Assembly (NCBI GenBank): GCA_047638975.1
Contig: JBLINB010000002.1
Coordinates: 12,487 to 76,486 of the forward strand
Origin: Myxococcota bacterium
Lineage (GTDB): Bacteria > Planctomycetota > UBA1135
DNA length: 64,000 nucleotides
Direction: 5' to 3'
A program made the position numbers and the translations under genes. The notes beneath the pieces are model-generated. The model worked only from the letters and a program-made list of their open reading frames with translations. It made no database searches and was not told where the DNA came from. Of the stretch, positions 59,634 through 64,000 are shown in pieces. How positions within the stretch are numbered: the stretch's first letter is position 1; the number at the start of each line of letters is the position of its first letter.

Positions 59634-60008
59634 TTATTCAGGAGGGTTAGCGGACAGAACAGGAACCACTTTGGCGATTAATTCTTGAATCGAAAAGGGC
59701 TTGGCGATAATGCCTTGGCAGCCACCTATCTCTTTAACTTGCATAGCACCTGGGTCATCGGGGGTACCGGTAACTAGCCAAAACGGCATGGTCATGCCAT
59801 TGTCGGAAAAGCGTTTGAGTACGCCATAGCCGGATTCTCCGCCGCCTAGATGATAGTCCATTAATAAAGCGCCAAACGACGGATCTAAGATCAACGCTTC
59901 AACTTCGGCTACCGACCCTGTGGCAGTCACCTCGACGCCAGCAAGCTTGAATGCCATCGTCATCAACTGGCACATGCCAGGGTCGTTATCGATAATTAAG
60001 ATTTTCAT
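59634..60008 (-). CDS. Single-domain response regulator (CheY-like)
   Basis: ILIIDND, LLMD (phosphoacceptor), VTG, AKPF. Confidence 0.88.
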   Translation of the reverse strand: MKILIIDNDPGMCQLMTMAFKLAGVEVTATGSVAEVEALILDPSFGALLMDYHLGGGESGYGVLKRFSDNGMTMPFWLVTGTPDDPGAMQVKEIGGCQGIIAKPFSIQELIAKVVPVLSANPPE

Positions 60009-62002
60009 TGTTTAATGTTGTCGGCCCAAGTTAATTCGTAAAACGGTAAATCTAATTGTACCGCACCGTGAGCAAATGTCACGCGCTGACGCCGTTGATC
60101 AATTCTAGTTATGATGACGGACTCACGCAACTTTGGCACGTATACACGACTACCTTTACGCAACTGCTTGGTAAAGTCTCGCCAACGCTTATTCAAAGAG
60201 ACATCCTCAATCAGCGCAGTCACTTTAGCAGTCAAACTATCATCTGTACTTTCGGCAATGATCTTCATCAAAGCGGCATAGTGCTCGCGAAATAACTCTT
60301 CGGCCTCGGTCTCGCGCAAGCGTTGACGGCGTTTCGAATCTGCCTCAGAAGACGCTAAATCACGAGATGCCTGCTGAATACGGATTTCTTCTATGCTAGC
60401 GTCTTTGCGCATCACTTCGGCTTGACGACGCACTTTACCGACATCTGCAAGCAAACGCTCGGCGCCACCGCCACGTGATACGAGTTGTTGAGCACGCTCG
60501 AGTAGTTTTTTATTTACACCCAAGCCTTCTGCTACTTCAATAGCGTGCGAAGCACCTGGCACCCCTACTAATAAGTTATAGCGCGGTGCAAGATTAATCG
60601 GGTCGAATTCCATTGAAGCGTTTTCGGCGGACTCGAGATCGAGGCTAAACAATTTCAATTGGCCGAGGTGCGTGTTGGCTATCGACATACACTTTAACTC
60701 GAGTAATTCTTCAAGTACCGCTTGGCCAATCGCTGCGCCCTCTTCAGGATCGGTACCGGTGCCCAGCTCGTCGAGTAGCACTAAAGCATCGTGGTCGGCA
60801 TGCTCGAGAATGTGCTTAATGCGCACCAAGTGCCCCGAAAAGGTAGATAGCGAGTTTTCTAAGGACTGCGCATCACCGAGGTCGGCAAACACTTCACTAA
60901 CCAATGGCACCTTACTGCCAGCACTAGCGCAAATCGGTAAACCACAATTAGCCATCCATACTGACAGGCCTACGGTCTTCAAGATTAAGGTTTTACCACC
61001 GGTGTTAGGCCCAGTAACCACTAGCAAATTGTAGTTGCTACCCAAGCTTAAATCTAAAGGTACGACCTTGTCGAATCCGAGTTGACGCACCAACAATGGA
61101 TGTCGTGCCTGATGCAGACTAAGGCCTTCGTTGCGCATAACGAGATCAGGGTAAAACGCTTTAACATTTAAGGCCCAGTGTGCACTTGCTAAAGCGATAT
61201 CCACTTTGGCGATGATCTCATTTACAATAAGCAAGTCATCTTGACGGCGCAGCACTGACAGACTCAAATCACGGAATACCTGCTCTTCGATGCGTTTAAC
61301 ACGGAAGTCTATTTGCGCGATGCGATTGCTTATTTCGACAATCGCAGTCGGTTCGACGTACAGCGTATCGCCAGATTGAGAACGTTCGTGGATAGCGCCA
61401 CCCGCGCGTCCGGCGTGCGTAGTTTTTACGGATAACAATAATTTGCCCAAACGCTGCACCGGTTGCCGCTGCTGGAGCACTCCTTTATTGTGCAAGGACT
61501 CGGCAATCATGTCGAATTTTTGCGAACGTTGGCGATTCAGTAGCGCCGCATCTTTACGTAGCACTGGCAACTTCTCGTGCGACTCGTCACGCACCCGGCC
61601 ACGCTCGTCGATGGACTGCCGAATAAGGCGTGCCAAGTTTGCCGTATCAGGGCCATTCACAATCAACTTATTTAGAGCACGGTACTGATTACGTATCTTC
61701 GCCCATGCCTGAAGCTGCATATTACGCTCGAGCGTCTCGCAGACATCGATTAGTTCGTCCCCTGACAAGGCGCGCTGCTCACAATGTGCCACAAAAACAC
61801 GCAAATCTACACAGCGTGCCAGACTTGGTGGATGCTGAGCGGCAAGCGCTTCGTCTACTTCAACCCCATACTGCCGCCGCAAGGTAAAGTCGATTTCGGC
61901 ATGCAGGTCAATAGCCAACAGCGCCTCTTTGCCAACCTGGGTAACCGCAGATTGAGCAAGCCATTCAAGCACCGGTTGGTATTCAAGGAGGTCAGCTGAC
62001 AT
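60005..62002 (-). CDS. mutS2: MutS2 family ATPase lacking the C-terminal Smr domain
   Basis: SQSGDTLYVEP, ARHPLL, TGPNTGGKT, SLSTFSGH, LLDELGTGTDPEEG, GVPGASHA. Confidence 0.88.
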   Translation of the reverse strand: MSADLLEYQPVLEWLAQSAVTQVGKEALLAIDLHAEIDFTLRRQYGVEVDEALAAQHPPSLARCVDLRVFVAHCEQRALSGDELIDVCETLERNMQLQAWAKIRNQYRALNKLIVNGPDTANLARLIRQSIDERGRVRDESHEKLPVLRKDAALLNRQRSQKFDMIAESLHNKGVLQQRQPVQRLGKLLLSVKTTHAGRAGGAIHERSQSGDTLYVEPTAIVEISNRIAQIDFRVKRIEEQVFRDLSLSVLRRQDDLLIVNEIIAKVDIALASAHWALNVKAFYPDLVMRNEGLSLHQARHPLLVRQLGFDKVVPLDLSLGSNYNLLVVTGPNTGGKTLILKTVGLSVWMANCGLPICASAGSKVPLVSEVFADLGDAQSLENSLSTFSGHLVRIKHILEHADHDALVLLDELGTGTDPEEGAAIGQAVLEELLELKCMSIANTHLGQLKLFSLDLESAENASMEFDPINLAPRYNLLVGVPGASHAIEVAEGLGVNKKLLERAQQLVSRGGGAERLLADVGKVRRQAEVMRKDASIEEIRIQQASRDLASSEADSKRRQRLRETEAEELFREHYAALMKIIAESTDDSLTAKVTALIEDVSLNKRWRDFTKQLRKGSRVYVPKLRESVIITRIDQRRQRVTFAHGAVQLDLPFYELTWADNIKQ

Positions 62003-62068
62003 GAAGATAGGATTTTAACAGTGCGCACCTAGCTGAAACATGCGCGATAAAACCATAGAATAAGACTC

Positions 62069-63466
62069 ATGGAAGTCACTCCAATCTCCCAACTTAATCC
62101 CATTAGCGACAACATTCTCAATGCTGTCGGCAACACGCCGATGGTGCGTTTGCCAGCCGGGTTCGACCCAGAAGTAAAATGCGAGGTCTTGCTCAAGCTC
62201 GAATTCATGAACCCAAGTGGTTCCATCAAAGACCGCATTGCCCTGCACATGGTGCGCAAAGCTGAAAAAGCAGGGCTCCTTAAAAAAGGTGGACGCATCG
62301 TTGAATGTTCATCCGGCAACACTGGTGCTGGCTTGGCTATGGTTGGAGCGGCACTCGGTTATGACGTAACCATTGTCATACCCGACAAGATGTCTTCCGA
62401 AAAGATTGCTGCTGTTCGCGGTTGGGGCGCTGAAGTTGTCGTGACTCCTGCCAATGTCGGTATCGACGACCCGATGCATTACACCAAAGTTGCCGGACGC
62501 ATTGCCGAACAAACCGAAGGTTCATGGTGGCCCGACCAATATCACAACCCCGATAACACGGATGCGCATTACCGCTACACCGGCCCTGAAATCCTTGGAC
62601 AGTGTGAAGGAAAGATTGACTATTTCGTAGCAGGGGCAGGTACGGGGGGCACACTTTCTGGCATTGGACGCTACCTCAAAGAATACGCTCCCAGCTGCAA
62701 AGTAATCGGAGTCGACCCCGAGGGTTCGGTACTAGCTCACTACTGGAAAACCAAAGAATTAATTGAAGGTGGGTCCTACGCAGTTGAAGGTGTTGGCGAA
62801 GAAGAAGTACCACGTGCCTGGGACGCAAGCGTTATCGATGATTACCTAGTAGTTAGCGATAAAGATTCTTTTCTTATGGCTCGCAAGCTAGCGCGTGCTA
62901 CCGGTATTTTCGGTGGCGGCTCATCGGGTTTCAACCTTGCAGCAACTTTACGCTATGCACGCAATTTGCCAGCAGATGCTCGTATTGTCACCCTATTGCC
63001 CGATTACGGAAAAGCGTATTTGTCAAAAGTTTATAATGACGACTACCTACGTGACTGCAATTACTTAAGCCAAGTGGCTGCCAGTACAGCGACAGTCGGT
63101 GATTTATGCAGCATAAAAAACACTGCCATGTTGTCCCCTAACGACACCGTTGCCTGGGGCATCCGTCAAGCAGGAGAACGCCAAGTCAACCCCTTAGCCG
63201 TTCTTGACAATGGTGTACTCATCGGAATTTTTGATGAAGAAAAAGCCATTAACTTATTAAGTCATGGCACATCTATCGATAACATGACGATTAGCGACTG
63301 TTTGTGCGCCGCACCTGTTGTGCTGGAACATCAACAAGCTTGGCAAGAAGCCACTGCCGTCCTCGAAAAGCATGAAAGTGTTTTAGTTAAAGACGGCGAC
63401 CATTACTCATCCCTAAGTCGCAACGATTTGTTGCGCTCATTAAGCCGTCTCGACCACAATAAATAA
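62069..63466 (+). CDS. Cystathionine beta-synthase (PLP) with C-terminal CBS-like domains
   Basis: KLEFMNPSGSIKDR, SSGNTG, DKMS, GAGTGGT, YLSK; C-terminal extension; coupled to a gamma-lyase gene. Confidence 0.88.
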   Translation: MEVTPISQLNPISDNILNAVGNTPMVRLPAGFDPEVKCEVLLKLEFMNPSGSIKDRIALHMVRKAEKAGLLKKGGRIVECSSGNTGAGLAMVGAALGYDVTIVIPDKMSSEKIAAVRGWGAEVVVTPANVGIDDPMHYTKVAGRIAEQTEGSWWPDQYHNPDNTDAHYRYTGPEILGQCEGKIDYFVAGAGTGGTLSGIGRYLKEYAPSCKVIGVDPEGSVLAHYWKTKELIEGGSYAVEGVGEEEVPRAWDASVIDDYLVVSDKDSFLMARKLARATGIFGGGSSGFNLAATLRYARNLPADARIVTLLPDYGKAYLSKVYNDDYLRDCNYLSQVAASTATVGDLCSIKNTAMLSPNDTVAWGIRQAGERQVNPLAVLDNGVLIGIFDEEKAINLLSHGTSIDNMTISDCLCAAPVVLEHQQAWQEATAVLEKHESVLVKDGDHYSSLSRNDLLRSLSRLDHNK

Positions 63467-64000
63467 TGTCTGATTCTAATCATAATTTCTCTACCCGCGT
63501 AGTCCATGCTGGATGGCAACCCGACGAACTGACGGGCGCAGTCATGCCTCCAATCTACATGACCAGCACTTATGTGCAAGATGCCCCTGGTGAACCGCGC
63601 AATGGCTTCGAATACTCTCGAACACAAAATGTTACGCGCTTTGCCTTGCAAGATGCCCTGTGCGATCTTGAACAAGGTCACGCCGGATTTACATTTACCT
63701 CAGGCATGGCCGCCATCCACACCTTAATGCTTAGCCTTGAATCTGGTGATCGCGTGGTAGCCGGTGCTGATTTATACGGTGGCACCTATCGTCTATTCAA
63801 ACGCGTTGAAGAGCGCTTCGGATTGAAGTTTGATTTTATCGATACCACCGACAATAATGCGGTCGACAATCTACCTAGCGACACACGCTTGCTGTATCTT
63901 GAAACGCCTTCAAACCCATTACTGAGTTTAGTCGACATCGAGCGCGCTGTTAAAGCAGCGAAAAAAGTTGGTGCTGAAGTAGCTGTCGATAATACCTTTG
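63466..64000 (+). CDS. Cystathionine gamma-lyase/synthase family, runs off the window end
   Basis: Translated by hand from a TAATG overlap: MSDSNHNFSTRVVHAG...GAVMPPIYMTSTY...FEYSRTQN...SGMAA...LYGGTYR...ETPSNP...VDNTF. Confidence 0.92.
   Translation, partial: MSDSNHNFSTRVVHAGWQPDELTGAVMPPIYMTSTYVQDAPGEPRNGFEYSRTQNVTRFALQDALCDLEQGHAGFTFTSGMAAIHTLMLSLESGDRVVAGADLYGGTYRLFKRVEERFGLKFDFIDTTDNNAVDNLPSDTRLLYLETPSNPLLSLVDIERAVKAAKKVGAEVAVDNTF

Overview
Bacterial chromosomal window, most likely Planctomycetota (RpoA begins MRIRWR.FELP, RpoB rifampicin cluster I reads ELSQVVDQTNPLSQLAHERR, a Tsr3 homologue is present, and rpsD and rpmD are missing from the ribosomal cluster). Most of it is housekeeping on the minus strand: tRNA(Thr-Tyr-Gly-Thr)-tuf-rpmG-secE-nusG-rplKAJL-rpoBC-rpsLG, the S10-spc-alpha cluster, and tRNA-Arg/tadA/tRNA-Ser/ffs/dnaX-ybaB-recR-truA-hpf-ptsN-ptsH-rne-rplU-rpmA-obgE. 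dnaE and a cystathionine beta-synthase/gamma-lyase pair lie on the plus strand. The best candidate for an undescribed system is at 1-11.7 kb: a consensus sigma-54 promoter with an upstream palindrome and a structured 5' leader, followed by three related giant (1045-1173 aa) lipoproteins with a shared C-terminal module, a smaller related lipoprotein and a prepilin peptidase. Other oddities: a PyrB-PyrI(Zn)-Ada-like fusion, a Tsr3-like gene plus a very divergent EF-G in the fusA slot, a ~32-aa insertion in uL16, an altered uL22 tunnel loop, a minimal MnmE-like GTPase, an Smr-less MutS2, and tRNA-Arg(ACG) directly upstream of its editing enzyme TadA. No CRISPR array, rRNA or mobile element was seen. 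All calls come from reading motifs by eye; no searches were run.
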